Source of the DNA: Anaerohalosphaeraceae bacterium
GTDB lineage: Bacteria > Planctomycetota > Phycisphaerae > Sedimentisphaerales > Anaerohalosphaeraceae
Assembly (NCBI GenBank): GCA_050309605.1
Contig: JBNRMN010000021.1
Location: 46,743 to 110,742, forward strand
Direction of reading: 5' to 3'
DNA: 64,000 nt
This document shows, in pieces, positions 46,442 to 56,418 of the stretch (its first letter is position 1; each line of letters opens with the position of its first letter). The position numbers and the translations under genes were made by a program. The notes beneath the pieces are model-generated. The model had not been told where the DNA came from. It did not search any database and worked only from the letters and a program-made list of their open reading frames with translations.

Positions 46442-47863
46442 ATGTCATCTTATCGCTCTTTTCTGTCGGCTATTGCATGTTTACTGTTGCTTGGCGGGTG
46501 CTTTGAAGATGAGGCAATCATCACGCTCAACAGTGACGGAAGCGGCACATTTTCCCAAAAATTGACACTCTCTGAACGACTCATCGCAGCCGCTTCGGAT
46601 GACAACACGTCCAGCGACCTGCCGCCGATCACAATAGACGATGTTCGCAGCGAAATCGGCTCGGCATTGAACATCACCGATATTCGTGAAACCGGCCTGC
46701 CCGACGGCGGCAAAGTCATCGAAATCGAGGGAACCTTTGACAAACCGGAGGCGTTTTTTCTATCGGAATTTTGTCGGGAAACACTCCGCGTTCGTCTCGC
46801 TTCGGCTGACACAGGCAAAGCGGCGATTCACCATACGATGGAATCCAGCGACGACAGTTCGCCCGGCCCGACCCTGACGCAGCTTTACGGCCTGGCCAAA
46901 GGGTTGTATGTCAGCAGAACCGTCCGGCTGCCCGCACCGATTGAGCGGACCAACGGTCAACTGAGCGACGACAACAGAGCCGTCCAATGGGAAATGGATT
47001 TACGAAATCAACAGGGACTTGAAAAAACCAGAGCGTTTGTGGAAGGTGCGGACAAAGGAAAAGGCATCGCTGTTTTTGACGCTTCGGCCCTGACTTTCAG
47101 CCTGCCGCTTCAAGTGGAAACAACGGCCGAATCGACTGCATCCGGGCAAGAAGACACAGCGGCATCGTCTTCTCTTGCCGCAACGTCGGACCCAAACCTC
47201 TTTCAGGCGGACGCGGCCTGGTTGAGCGTCAATAAAAAAAGGACGGCCGACGGTGAGATGGAAATGTCAGATTTTCAAATCGGCATCGAACTGCGATGGA
47301 ATGAAGGGGTTAATCCGACGCGATGTGAACCGGCGGTACTGACAAGCGCACGAGATGATACCGGCAAGGATTTGCTGACTGATTCGCGTCAGATGTCCCG
47401 TCAAATCAATGATTTTGAACGTCGAAACAGAAAAAAAGAACTGACTCGTGAATTGGCCCTGCCTTCTGAAAACGCCCGAACACTCAAGGCTATCTCCGGC
47501 TATGTTGAGGTCGTTGCGGAAGTCGAAACCCGGCAGATTCTCATCGATGACATCCATTCGCTGGTCAATGCCGAATCCATCGGTCATGAGATTCTTGACG
47601 GGTTGAACTTCAAGATACTCAGTATCGAGCAAAACGGAATGCGAATCCACATTGACGGCGGCCGCAATACCATCGTCTCAATCGAGCCTCTCAGAAAAGA
47701 CGGCAATTCTGTTCAACAACGAGGATACAGCGGCTGGGAAAACACATATCACTACCAATTCGCCGACGATCTGTCCGATGTGAATCAATGTCGGCTCGAG
47801 GTGGTTGTGGCCGAAAAGACGGTCAACGTTCCCTTTTCGCTGGCTGAGATAGCGCTGCCTTAG
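46442..47863 (+). CDS. Hypothetical lipoprotein
   Basis: LLLGG|C lipobox; AAGGAG RBS; 473 aa, no family recognised. Confidence 0.7.
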   Translation: MSSYRSFLSAIACLLLLGGCFEDEAIITLNSDGSGTFSQKLTLSERLIAAASDDNTSSDLPPITIDDVRSEIGSALNITDIRETGLPDGGKVIEIEGTFDKPEAFFLSEFCRETLRVRLASADTGKAAIHHTMESSDDSSPGPTLTQLYGLAKGLYVSRTVRLPAPIERTNGQLSDDNRAVQWEMDLRNQQGLEKTRAFVEGADKGKGIAVFDASALTFSLPLQVETTAESTASGQEDTAASSSLAATSDPNLFQADAAWLSVNKKRTADGEMEMSDFQIGIELRWNEGVNPTRCEPAVLTSARDDTGKDLLTDSRQMSRQINDFERRNRKKELTRELALPSENARTLKAISGYVEVVAEVETRQILIDDIHSLVNAESIGHEILDGLNFKILSIEQNGMRIHIDGGRNTIVSIEPLRKDGNSVQQRGYSGWENTYHYQFADDLSDVNQCRLEVVVAEKTVNVPFSLAEIALP

Positions 47864-47889
47864 CAAGAACCTGAAAAACGAACAGATTG

Positions 47890-48672
47890 TCAGTGGGTTC
47901 TCGAAATTCCTGTCGGCACCACCACGCGGCGGCCTGCAATGGTTCCCTGGGCAACCTGGACTTCAAAAAAGGATTCGATGGTCGTGGTATCAAGCCCTTT
48001 TGCGTCGCGCTGATAGGCCGTGCGTCCATCCGCGGCCATCAACAAAAACGAATCGGCGTAATGCTGAATGAGGTTAATGTCGTGACTGACAAGAACGATG
48101 GTTTTGTTCTCATTTTGACGAAGGTCTTTGAGCAGTTCAAAAATCCGGATCTGATGCTTCAAATCCAGATGACTGGTCGGCTCATCCAGCAGCAGCACAG
48201 GCGTTTGCTGAGCCAAAGCACGAGCGATAAAAACACGCTGCCGTTCACCGCCGCTCAGCGCCGTCAACGGCCGTTCGGCAAAACGGAGGGTATCGGTCAT
48301 TTCCATCGCCTGCTCTGCCAAATGAGCATCGTGCGGCGTTTCGAACAGTTTGCCGGTCGGCAGATACCGCGACATCAATACCGTCTCGCGCACGGTAAAC
48401 CCGAAGGCGGGTGTGGTACTTTGGCAAACCAATGCCATCACGCCGGCCAGCCGAACGCGCCGATAATCCTGAATTGGCTTGCCTTGGATGAAAAGTTGTC
48501 CCGTTTGCGGCCTGAGCAGTCCGGCCAGCAGATTCAGCAGTGTCGTCTTGCCCGATCCGTTGGGGCCGAGCAGCGCCAGAAAATCGCCGGGCTGAACCGA
48601 GAATGTCAAATCCTTCAGCACGGTTTGCAGGCCATAATTAAATGAGAGATGGTGAACATCAATCATGCTCAT
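47890..48672 (-). CDS. Cobalamin/Fe-siderophore ABC transporter ATP-binding protein (BtuD/FecE-like)
   Basis: GPNGSGKTT, LSGGERQRV, LLDEPTSHLD, SHD; ATGA overlap with the permease stop. Confidence 0.9.
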   Translation of the reverse strand: MSMIDVHHLSFNYGLQTVLKDLTFSVQPGDFLALLGPNGSGKTTLLNLLAGLLRPQTGQLFIQGKPIQDYRRVRLAGVMALVCQSTTPAFGFTVRETVLMSRYLPTGKLFETPHDAHLAEQAMEMTDTLRFAERPLTALSGGERQRVFIARALAQQTPVLLLDEPTSHLDLKHQIRIFELLKDLRQNENKTIVLVSHDINLIQHYADSFLLMAADGRTAYQRDAKGLDTTTIESFFEVQVAQGTIAGRRVVVPTGISRTH

Positions 48673-49700
48673 TTGCTGCCCCAATGCAGATTTTTACTAT
48701 GACGTACAAGCAGAATCAGAAAAAACGGCCCGCCGACCATGGCCGTCACCACGCCGACCGGCAGCATCGCCGGCGCAACGATCACCCGCGCGATGGTATC
48801 GGCCAGTACCACAAACGCCCCGCCGACAAGGGCACTGACGGGGATGAGCTGACGATGGTCCGGCCCTGCCGCCAAACGCACCGCATGGGGCACGATCAGC
48901 CCCACAAAACCAATCAGCCCGCCCAGACACACCGCCGCGGAGGTCATCAGCGCCGAGACCGCAAAAGCGACAAGACACACGGTTGAGACCGACAGCCCCG
49001 CCGCCGCGGCATCCTCTTGGCCGAAACTGAGCAGGTTCAGCGACGGTCCCAGCCGCAGCAGCACCATGACCCCTGCCGCCACAAGCAAGGCCGTCGCAGC
49101 GACGACCTCAAACCGCTGCATCTGGGCAATACTGCCCATCAGCCAAAACATCGTCGTCTGCACCTGCCGTGCACGCGCGATCGAGGTCAAAAACATAATC
49201 AGTGCCGAAAAAAAAGCGTTGACCACTACACCGGCCAGCAGCAGCGCCGTCATATTGGCGCGTCCGGCGGCCCGGCCAATCAGCCAGACCAGCCACGTCG
49301 TGCAGAGGGCGCCGACAAAGGCCGCCAGCATCATCGCACTGACGCCCATCAGCGACCATGTCCAGCCCAGCATTACCGCCGTCATCGTGCCCAGTCCGGC
49401 CCCGCTGGAAATGCCGAGGATATACGGATCGGCCAGCGGATTGCGCAGCACCGCCTGAAAGACACAGCCGGCCGCGGCCAGCGCCGCGCCGATAATCGCC
49501 GCCAGCAGCACCCGCGGCAGACGAATGCGAAACAGAATCTCGTAATCCATATTCATCTGCCCGCCATGAACAGGGCCGTGCATCGCTTCCACCAGCGAGA
49601 CCGGCTCTGACCCCACCAGCAGACAAACCACAAGCACGACGGCCAAAAAGGCCGCTGCCGCGATGATTCGAAAAAGCAACGCTTTCGGGGTCAGGGACAT
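48669..49700 (-). CDS. FecCD/BtuC-family ABC permease
   Basis: RLPRVLLA, QAVLRNPLADPYILGISSGA, GLIGFVGLIVPH, LPVGVVTA. Confidence 0.92.
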   Translation of the reverse strand: MSLTPKALLFRIIAAAAFLAVVLVVCLLVGSEPVSLVEAMHGPVHGGQMNMDYEILFRIRLPRVLLAAIIGAALAAAGCVFQAVLRNPLADPYILGISSGAGLGTMTAVMLGWTWSLMGVSAMMLAAFVGALCTTWLVWLIGRAAGRANMTALLLAGVVVNAFFSALIMFLTSIARARQVQTTMFWLMGSIAQMQRFEVVAATALLVAAGVMVLLRLGPSLNLLSFGQEDAAAAGLSVSTVCLVAFAVSALMTSAAVCLGGLIGFVGLIVPHAVRLAAGPDHRQLIPVSALVGGAFVVLADTIARVIVAPAMLPVGVVTAMVGGPFFLILLVRHSKNLHWGSK

Positions 49701-49703
49701 CGT

Positions 49704-50618
49704 TTACTCCTGCCATACGCAACAGGCAATCTGTTCCAGCGCCTGATCCAGCCGCGGACCGAGCCGGGAGACCACATCGCCGTCCAGGACATATATTCGG
49801 CCGTTTTGCACCGCCGGCGCCGAAGCATACGCCGCGTAAAATGCATCGGCCGAGCGCCGCTGGTCGGCCAGTCGCTCCGGCTCATCGGTCGGTTCAATGA
49901 TCACATCAGGTCGGGCGGCCAGAACCTGCTCGGCGCCGACAGGCGGATAGATATGCCGCGTCGGACCAATGGCATTGACGCCGCCGACCAGCTCAATCAG
50001 CTCATTGACAAAAGTCTTCGTCCCGGCCACACGCAGCGGCTCGCGCTGGATCACCCAAAGTACTTTCGGTCGCCGGCGCCCGGCATAGCGGCGGAGCATC
50101 CGCTCCCGATCCGCCTGCAACTGTTCGACCAGCATCTGAGCCTGTGCAGTGCGATCCACGGCGTGTCCGATTGTCAAAATCGCATCGAAAAGCTGCGAAA
50201 CGGTTTCAATTTCGAGCGTCAGTGTTCGGCAGCCAAACGTTTCAAGTCGCTCGGCCAATTGACGCTGCTGCTCAAAGCCGAGGGTAACCACCAGCGTGGG
50301 ACGCCGAGCCAGCACCGCTTCAATATCCGGCTGCCAGAACGTGCCGATCCGTCGTTTTTGCTGCGCCGCCGGGGGATAATTGCAATGCCGCGTTACACCG
50401 ACAATTTCCTCATCCAACCCCAAGGCAAAGAGTATCTCGGTCAGATTCGGCGCCATCGAGACGATCCGAATCGCGTCCTCTTCGGACGAAGCGGTCGGCT
50501 GATTTTGTTCGGCACAACCGACCAGACAACAGAGTATCGCAATCAGCACGCCTAAACAGTGCTTAAAGACGCCGCCGGCGGCACTTTGAAATTCGGAATT
50601 TGAAATTTGAATTGTCAT
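49704..50618 (-). CDS. Cobalamin-binding lipoprotein (BtuF-like)
   Basis: LVG|C lipobox, RIVSMAPNLTEILFALG, VGVTRHCNYP, SRLGPRL. Confidence 0.85.
   Translation of the reverse strand: MTIQISNSEFQSAAGGVFKHCLGVLIAILCCLVGCAEQNQPTASSEEDAIRIVSMAPNLTEILFALGLDEEIVGVTRHCNYPPAAQQKRRIGTFWQPDIEAVLARRPTLVVTLGFEQQRQLAERLETFGCRTLTLEIETVSQLFDAILTIGHAVDRTAQAQMLVEQLQADRERMLRRYAGRRRPKVLWVIQREPLRVAGTKTFVNELIELVGGVNAIGPTRHIYPPVGAEQVLAARPDVIIEPTDEPERLADQRRSADAFYAAYASAPAVQNGRIYVLDGDVVSRLGPRLDQALEQIACCVWQE
50586..50613. repeat. Heptamer tandem repeat (TTGAAAT-type) in the btuF-like 5' end
   Basis: ttgaaat tcggaat ttgaaat ttgaatt. Confidence 0.7.
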
Positions 50619-52450
50619 CAGAACCCCGTCCGCTTGAATTGCTTATCGAGGTCTTTGCGCGAAAAAACCAGCGTCGTGGGCCGTCCGTGCGGGCAGCGGC
50701 TGGTTCGCTGCACCACATCTTTGTTGGCCAGCAGATGGGCGATTTCCGCCTCTGAAAGCGGCTGACCGGCCTTGACGGCGGCCTTGCACGCTGCCATATC
50801 CAGAATCTCGTGCAGCAGCCGTTCTTCATTGCTGTGGCCTTCATCTTCGACGAGCTTGTCCAGCAGTTCAACGACAAACACAGTCGGCTCAACGCGCTCC
50901 AGCAGCATCGGAAACGCCTGCACTGCCAGTGTATTCGGCCCGAACGGTTCGATTTCAACGCCGATTTTTTCAATCAAGTCGCGATGCTTTTCCACCGCGT
51001 CGGCCTGGGCGGGCGTCGCCTCAAAAGAATGCGGCATCAACAGACGCTGCGACGGCAGCCGTCCTTCGCGCAAGCGGACGCACATCTGCTCATACAGGAT
51101 GCGTTCGTGCAGTGCATGCTGATCAATGACCATAAAGCCGTCGGCGTCGGGCACGACCAGATAGCTGTTGTCCACCTGCAAGTACGTCCTGGGCTTCCAG
51201 TCTTCCTGCAACGCCGAGCCGCTTTGGCCAAACGAGTCTGTCTGTCCTGACACACTGTGCGGCGGCGGAGCTTTTGATCGTCCGGCCGAATAGGACCGCT
51301 TGAAATCGAACGACCGCTGAGTCGAAGCGGGTTTGGGTGTTTTGAAAAAATCCTCCATCGCCCGCTCGATGCGCTGCTGACGGTCGCGGCTTTCGGCATG
51401 ATCGAAGTGTTCACTCGGCACAAAAACCTCCGGGGCCGGCAGGCAGGCGCCGACATCCAGATTGGTGCTGAGCAGCTTGTCGCGCAGCAGCGCCAGCACC
51501 TCGGAATAGACCAGATTGGGGTTGTCAAACCGCACCTCCACCTTAGTCGGATGAACATTGACGTCGAAATCTTCCGGCGGCATCTCAATGAACAGAAAAA
51601 CGACCGGATACTTGTTCGGCTCGATCAGGCCGCGATAGGCTTCCTTGACGGCGTGCAGAATAAATCGGTCGCGAATGAACCGGCGATTGAGAAAGACATA
51701 TTGATATTTTCCGCTGGAGCGTGCCCCCACCGGACGTCCGAGCAGCGCTCGCAGCCGCATGCCGCGCTCCTGCCGGGAGGTTTCGAGCAGGTCGTCGGCC
51801 ATTTGCGGCCCGAACAGCAGACCGATGCGCTCGCGCAGACCCTGGCCGCTGAGCAGATGATGCACCTGTCGGTTGTTGTGTGTGAGCGTCAGATCAAGCG
51901 ATTCGTGCGATAAGGCAATCCGCGTAAAATGCTCGGTAATGTGGTTCATTTCGGTGTTGGCAGTACGCAGAAACTTGCGGCGGGCCGGCAGTTTGTAAAA
52001 CAGATTGCGCACCTCAATCGTCGTTCCCGTATCGCCGGCGCAGGGGACAACCGGGCCTTTTTGGCCGCAGTCGATTTCAATGCGGTGGGCGCCGATGGCA
52101 TCCGACGTGCGACTGGTGACGCTGACTTTGGCGACCGCGCCGATACTGGCCAGCGCCTCGCCGCGAAAGCCCATCGTGCGAATGCCCAGCAAATCGTCGG
52201 CGGTGCGGAGTTTGCTCGTCGCATGCGGTTCGAACGCCAGCGCCAAGTCGTCGGCGGCCATCCCCCCGCCATCATCGACGACCCGAATCAAACGGCGACC
52301 GCCATCCTCAACGTCAATCACGACGCGACCGGCCCCGGCATCGATGCTGTTTTCCAGCAGTTCCTTGACGACGCTGGCGGGGCGCTCGATCACCTCGCCG
52401 GCCGCGATCATATTGACCATATTGTCATCAAGGACGGCGATCCTGCCCAT
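50618..52450 (-). CDS. mutL: DNA mismatch repair endonuclease MutL
   Basis: IAAGEVIERPASVVKELLENSIDAG, GFRGEALASI, DVNVHPTK, DQHALHERILYE, ACK, CPHGRP. Confidence 0.96.
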   Translation of the reverse strand: MGRIAVLDDNMVNMIAAGEVIERPASVVKELLENSIDAGAGRVVIDVEDGGRRLIRVVDDGGGMAADDLALAFEPHATSKLRTADDLLGIRTMGFRGEALASIGAVAKVSVTSRTSDAIGAHRIEIDCGQKGPVVPCAGDTGTTIEVRNLFYKLPARRKFLRTANTEMNHITEHFTRIALSHESLDLTLTHNNRQVHHLLSGQGLRERIGLLFGPQMADDLLETSRQERGMRLRALLGRPVGARSSGKYQYVFLNRRFIRDRFILHAVKEAYRGLIEPNKYPVVFLFIEMPPEDFDVNVHPTKVEVRFDNPNLVYSEVLALLRDKLLSTNLDVGACLPAPEVFVPSEHFDHAESRDRQQRIERAMEDFFKTPKPASTQRSFDFKRSYSAGRSKAPPPHSVSGQTDSFGQSGSALQEDWKPRTYLQVDNSYLVVPDADGFMVIDQHALHERILYEQMCVRLREGRLPSQRLLMPHSFEATPAQADAVEKHRDLIEKIGVEIEPFGPNTLAVQAFPMLLERVEPTVFVVELLDKLVEDEGHSNEERLLHEILDMAACKAAVKAGQPLSEAEIAHLLANKDVVQRTSRCPHGRPTTLVFSRKDLDKQFKRTGF

Positions 52451-52469
52451 TCAAAACCACTCCGCTAAA

Positions 52470-52519
52470 TGAAATCCAAAGCACGAATATCGAAATCCGA
52501 ACGTCGTGCTTTGCATTTC
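52470..52519. repeat. Heptamer-periodic inverted repeat between gpmI and mutL
   Basis: tgaaatc caaagca cgaatat cgaaatc; arm gaaatccaaagcacga pairs with tcgtgctttgcatttc (1 mismatch). Confidence 0.75.
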
Positions 52520-52524
52520 GTATG

Positions 52525-54093
52525 TTATATCAAAAGGCTTTCTCCGGTCATTTCGTCAGGCTTGTCAACACCCATCACTTCCAGAAATGTCGGCACGACA
52601 TCAGCCAGACGTCCATTTTTCATTTTGCGGCCTTTGAACTGTTCGTCAAAGACAATCAGGGGCACATCGCCGACCGTGTGAGCGGTGTGCGGCATATTGT
52701 TCTGGAAATCCCACATCTTCTCGAAATTGCCGTGATCGGCCAGAATGACGGCGCTGCCGCCAAGCGATTTGACCTTGTCCAGCACTCTGCCGACACAGGC
52801 GTCAACGGTCTTGCAGGCCTTGACCGCCGCTTCGAGGACGCCGGTATGCCCGACCATATCGGGATTGGCAAAGTTGCAGATAATCACGTCAAATTCGCCG
52901 CTGTCGAGTTTTTCACAAATCACATCGCACACTTCCGGGGCGCTCATTTCCGGCTTAAGGTCGTAGGTCTTGACCTTGGGCGAAGGAACGATCTGACGCT
53001 GTTCGCCGTCAAACGGCTTTTCCCGGCCGCCGTTGAAGAAAAAGGTAACATGGGCGTACTTTTCGGTCTCCGCGCAGCGAAACTGCTTCAGCCCGAGCTT
53101 GCTGAAATACTCGCCGGCGATATGGGGCATTTGACGCACCGGGGTAAAGGCCGCCGGCGCCGGAATCGTTGCGTCGTATTCGGTCATACAGACATAATAC
53201 ACATCCGGTCGGGTCTTGCGCTGGAATCCGTCAAACGACTCATCAACAAACGCACGGGTTATCTCGCGCGGGCGGTCGCCGCGGAAATTAAAAAAGATGA
53301 CACTGTCGCCGTCTTCCACCAGCGCCACGGGCTTGCCGTCATCGCCGACTATAGGGGTCGGGGCGATAAACTCATCGGTTTCGTTTTTATCGTAACTGGT
53401 CTTGACCGCCTCGGCGGCGCTGCGCGCGGGCCGGCCGATGCCGCGGGTCAGACACTCATAGGCCGCCTGCACGCGATCCCATCGCTTGTCGCGATCCATA
53501 GCGTAAAACCGCCCCGATACCGTGGCGATTTGCCCGACACCGATGTCGGCCATTTTCTTTTCAATGTCCGCCAGGTAACCGGCGCCGCTGGTCGGCGGCG
53601 AATCGCGTCCGTCGGTAAAAGCGTGCAGATAGACATCCTTTAATCCTCTGCGTTTGGCCAGTTCAAGCAGGCCGTACAGATGTTCCAGCAGCGAATGCAC
53701 GCCGATATCGCTGCACAGCCCCATCACATGCAGTTTGCTGTTGTTTTTCAAGACGTGGTCAACCGCCTTGTTGAGCTGTTCATTGTCGAAAAACGAACCG
53801 TCCCGGATCGCCACGGTAATCCGCACCGAGTCCTGATAGACAATCCGACCGGCGCCGATATTCTGGTGTCCGACTTCGCTGTTGCCCATGGTTCCTTGCG
53901 GCAGCCCGACATCCTCGCCGTAAGTCCGCACCAAACAATTCGGATACGCCGCCATCAGCATGGCATCCACCGGCGGTTTGGCTACTTTAATCGCGTTATA
54001 TTCGTCCTCCTGCGGATTGGGGTTGTATCCCCAGCCGTCGCGGATTATCATCACACACGGCCGCTTTCGCAGCGGCGTCTTTTTATCGCTCAT
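52525..54093 (-). CDS. gpmI: 2,3-bisphosphoglycerate-independent phosphoglycerate mutase
   Basis: IRDGWG, MGNSEVGH, FTDGRD, YAMDRD, FNFRGDR, AETEKYAHVT, NPDMVGHTG, ADHGN; start 54093 fits the promoter. Confidence 0.96.
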   Translation of the reverse strand: MSDKKTPLRKRPCVMIIRDGWGYNPNPQEDEYNAIKVAKPPVDAMLMAAYPNCLVRTYGEDVGLPQGTMGNSEVGHQNIGAGRIVYQDSVRITVAIRDGSFFDNEQLNKAVDHVLKNNSKLHVMGLCSDIGVHSLLEHLYGLLELAKRRGLKDVYLHAFTDGRDSPPTSGAGYLADIEKKMADIGVGQIATVSGRFYAMDRDKRWDRVQAAYECLTRGIGRPARSAAEAVKTSYDKNETDEFIAPTPIVGDDGKPVALVEDGDSVIFFNFRGDRPREITRAFVDESFDGFQRKTRPDVYYVCMTEYDATIPAPAAFTPVRQMPHIAGEYFSKLGLKQFRCAETEKYAHVTFFFNGGREKPFDGEQRQIVPSPKVKTYDLKPEMSAPEVCDVICEKLDSGEFDVIICNFANPDMVGHTGVLEAAVKACKTVDACVGRVLDKVKSLGGSAVILADHGNFEKMWDFQNNMPHTAHTVGDVPLIVFDEQFKGRKMKNGRLADVVPTFLEVMGVDKPDEMTGESLLI

Positions 54094-54141
54094 CGGGTTC
54101 CTTTCTTTAGGCTGTTTCCAATACCAATCGATAGTTAAACC

Positions 54142-54170
54142 AGTATAAAAGAACCGCCCACGAGTGTCAA
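54142..54170 (-). promoter_or_regulatory. Near-consensus sigma70 promoter for gpmI-mutL-btu
   Basis: Minus strand TTGACA-17 nt-TATACT. Confidence 0.75.
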
Positions 54171-54248
54171 TTGCCGATTTGAATGAACAGGCCCATAAAA
54201 ACAATAAAAGACATACCCGATACACAGAATTATCTAAATGAAATCTTT

Positions 54249-54277
54249 TTGACATTCCTCGGCAAGGTGGCTATACT
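54249..54277 (+). promoter_or_regulatory. Near-consensus sigma70 promoter for TPR-lspA
   Basis: TTGACA-17 nt-TATACT. Confidence 0.75.
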
Positions 54278-54348
54278 TTGCCCCGGATTTTGTCGTAAAC
54301 TGAATTAACCGCCGTAGTTGGGGCATTTGAATCGGAAAGGGTCTTTTG

Positions 54349-55374
54349 ATGACGGGTTTTCGAAATGCAGGGCGCCTCGTTTTGTGTGTGCCGATTTTAG
54401 CGGGATTTCTGGCAAGCGGCTGCGTTTTCTGGCCGTGGACGGAGACGCTGTCCAAAGACGAGCTGGCCGCCCAGGAACTTCAGCAGCAGCGTCAGCAGGC
54501 CGTCAGTCTCTATGTGGACGCGATGATGCTGAATGACATCGAGGATTATGCCGCTGCCCTTGACAAACTGGAACAGGCCACTCAGCTCCACAAAGAGTTT
54601 GCTCTTGCATTCTCGATGAAAGGCGACTTGTATCAGGCATTGCAGCAGTACGAACAAAGCGCCGACGCCTATGAGCAGGCCGCGAGGCTGGATCCCTGGT
54701 CGTTCAAAGACTTTTTTAATCTGGGCAAAGTCAGCGAGATTCTCAAACAATATGCACGTGCCGCTCATGCGTTTGTCGCCGCGGCCAAACTCAAACCGGA
54801 GCATTATGAGGCACATGTCGGCGCAGCGCGCAGCTTTTTTGAGCTAAACGACTTCGGACAAGCGCAGGAATATGCCCAAAAGGCGAAAACAATCGACCCC
54901 GACCAGCCCGATGCGGAGTTTTTGCTGGGCAATATCTATATCGAACAAAAAGATAACGTTCAAGCCATCAACGCTTATCGCCGTGTACTTGAATTACAGG
55001 GCAATCAGCCGGATGTAATGGTCTCTTTGGCGCGCGCCTATCTGCGGGCCGAACGGTTCAGCTCGGCCATTGAACTGTTGACCGATGTGCTCGAACACGA
55101 ACCGGAAAACGGGGTGGCTTATCAGTATCTGGGATTTGCCCAATTAAAGCTCAAACAAACCGAAGCGGCAATCGAAAGCTACAAGCAGGCGGTACGGCTG
55201 GGCACTGACGACTGGATGGCGCACAAGAGTCTGGGGGTCGCCTATATGCTGTGGGCAATTCAAAACAACAACGATGAGAAGATCAAGGCACTGGCGATTG
55301 AGCAATGGAACATCTCGCTTCAGATTAACCCCGACCAGCCGCAACTGCATGAGCTGATGGCCAAATACAACTAA
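54349..55374 (+). CDS. Tetratricopeptide-repeat lipoprotein
   Basis: LASG|C lipobox; many TPR units (AYEQAARLDP, AYRRVLELQG, YQYLG). Confidence 0.85.
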   Translation: MTGFRNAGRLVLCVPILAGFLASGCVFWPWTETLSKDELAAQELQQQRQQAVSLYVDAMMLNDIEDYAAALDKLEQATQLHKEFALAFSMKGDLYQALQQYEQSADAYEQAARLDPWSFKDFFNLGKVSEILKQYARAAHAFVAAAKLKPEHYEAHVGAARSFFELNDFGQAQEYAQKAKTIDPDQPDAEFLLGNIYIEQKDNVQAINAYRRVLELQGNQPDVMVSLARAYLRAERFSSAIELLTDVLEHEPENGVAYQYLGFAQLKLKQTEAAIESYKQAVRLGTDDWMAHKSLGVAYMLWAIQNNNDEKIKALAIEQWNISLQINPDQPQLHELMAKYN

Positions 55375-55388
55375 CGCCCTGAGCCGCG

Positions 55389-55922
55389 ATGACACACCGC
55401 CCGCCGACAAAAAACCGCGAGACGATGCCGCCGCAACGCCGACCGAACGCCGGTGATTTGATCCTGTTCCTGTCGATCAGCCTCATCGGGGCGGCGCTGG
55501 ATTTGTGGTCCAAATACGCCGTGTTTAATTGGCTGGAAGGAAAACTAAACCGACAATACACGCTGATTAACGGCTTTTTGCGATTCATTATGGCGGAAAA
55601 CCCCGGCGCCGCGTTCAGCTTGTTTTCCGGGATGCGATGGATGTTTGTCGGCATCTCGATGATCGCCCTGATTGTCATTAACACCCTCTTTGTATTGGGC
55701 AAGCTGACGCCCCGGCTGACGCTGGCGGCGATGGGCTGTATCAACGCCGGCGTCATCGGCAATCTGTACGACCGCTTGTTCAACGAAGGACGGGTGCGGG
55801 ATTTTATTGATGTCTATGTGGGCAGTTATCACTGGCCGACGTTTAATATAGCCGATTCTCTGCTGTGCATCGGTGTCGGGATGCTGCTGATAACCGGCTT
55901 GACTTCCTCGGAGAAACATTGA
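55389..55922 (+). CDS. lspA: Lipoprotein signal peptidase II
   Basis: DLWSK, NPGAAFS, GNLYDRL, VRDFI, WPTFNIAD. Confidence 0.95.
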   Translation: MTHRPPTKNRETMPPQRRPNAGDLILFLSISLIGAALDLWSKYAVFNWLEGKLNRQYTLINGFLRFIMAENPGAAFSLFSGMRWMFVGISMIALIVINTLFVLGKLTPRLTLAAMGCINAGVIGNLYDRLFNEGRVRDFIDVYVGSYHWPTFNIADSLLCIGVGMLLITGLTSSEKH

Positions 55923-55965
55923 CTTGCTGCCCTGCTCACTACACCCCGACGCCTCTTGGAAAACT

Positions 55966-55993
55966 CCCATTCTCCATTCTCAATTCTGCATCA
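55966..55993. repeat. Heptamer tandem repeat (TCCATTC-type)
   Basis: cccattc tccattc tcaattc tgcatca between convergent stops. Confidence 0.6.
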
Positions 55994-56386
55994 CAGCCCT
56001 AACTCGTCAAAGACCTGCTCTGCGACATATAAAGGCGTTCTGAGTCCTGCGGCCAGGGCAATCGCATCCGACGGCCGACTGTCAATCGCCATCGTCTCTG
56101 TGCCCCGGCGGACATAAATCGTCGCAAAGAAGGTGTGGTCGCGCAGGTCATTGATCACCACTTTCTCAATGGTTCCGCCCATCTGCTCGATGACCTGCTC
56201 CAGCAGATCATGGGTCAGCGGCCGCGGCAGCTCGATGCCTTTCAGGCGTCTGTCGATGGCAAGAATCTCCGGCATTCCGATTACAATCGGAAAACTCCGC
56301 TGGCCGTTCAGTTCCCGCAGCACGATGATCTGCTGATCCACTTGCTCATTGATAATAATCTGGGCCAGTTCGACCTGAATATCCAT
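55991..56386 (-). CDS. Bifunctional nuclease family protein (DUF151)
   Basis: FPIVIG..E, RPLTHDL, TFFATI, IDSRPSDAIALA. Confidence 0.92.
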   Translation of the reverse strand: MDIQVELAQIIINEQVDQQIIVLRELNGQRSFPIVIGMPEILAIDRRLKGIELPRPLTHDLLEQVIEQMGGTIEKVVINDLRDHTFFATIYVRRGTETMAIDSRPSDAIALAAGLRTPLYVAEQVFDELGL

Positions 56387-56418
56387 AAGGCATCCTTTCG
56401 CTCATGTTCCGCCGTCCG

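Noticed and set aside
54094..54255. N-terminal extension of gpmI in the ORF track
   Set aside because: It spans two near-consensus divergent promoters; the true start is most likely 54093.
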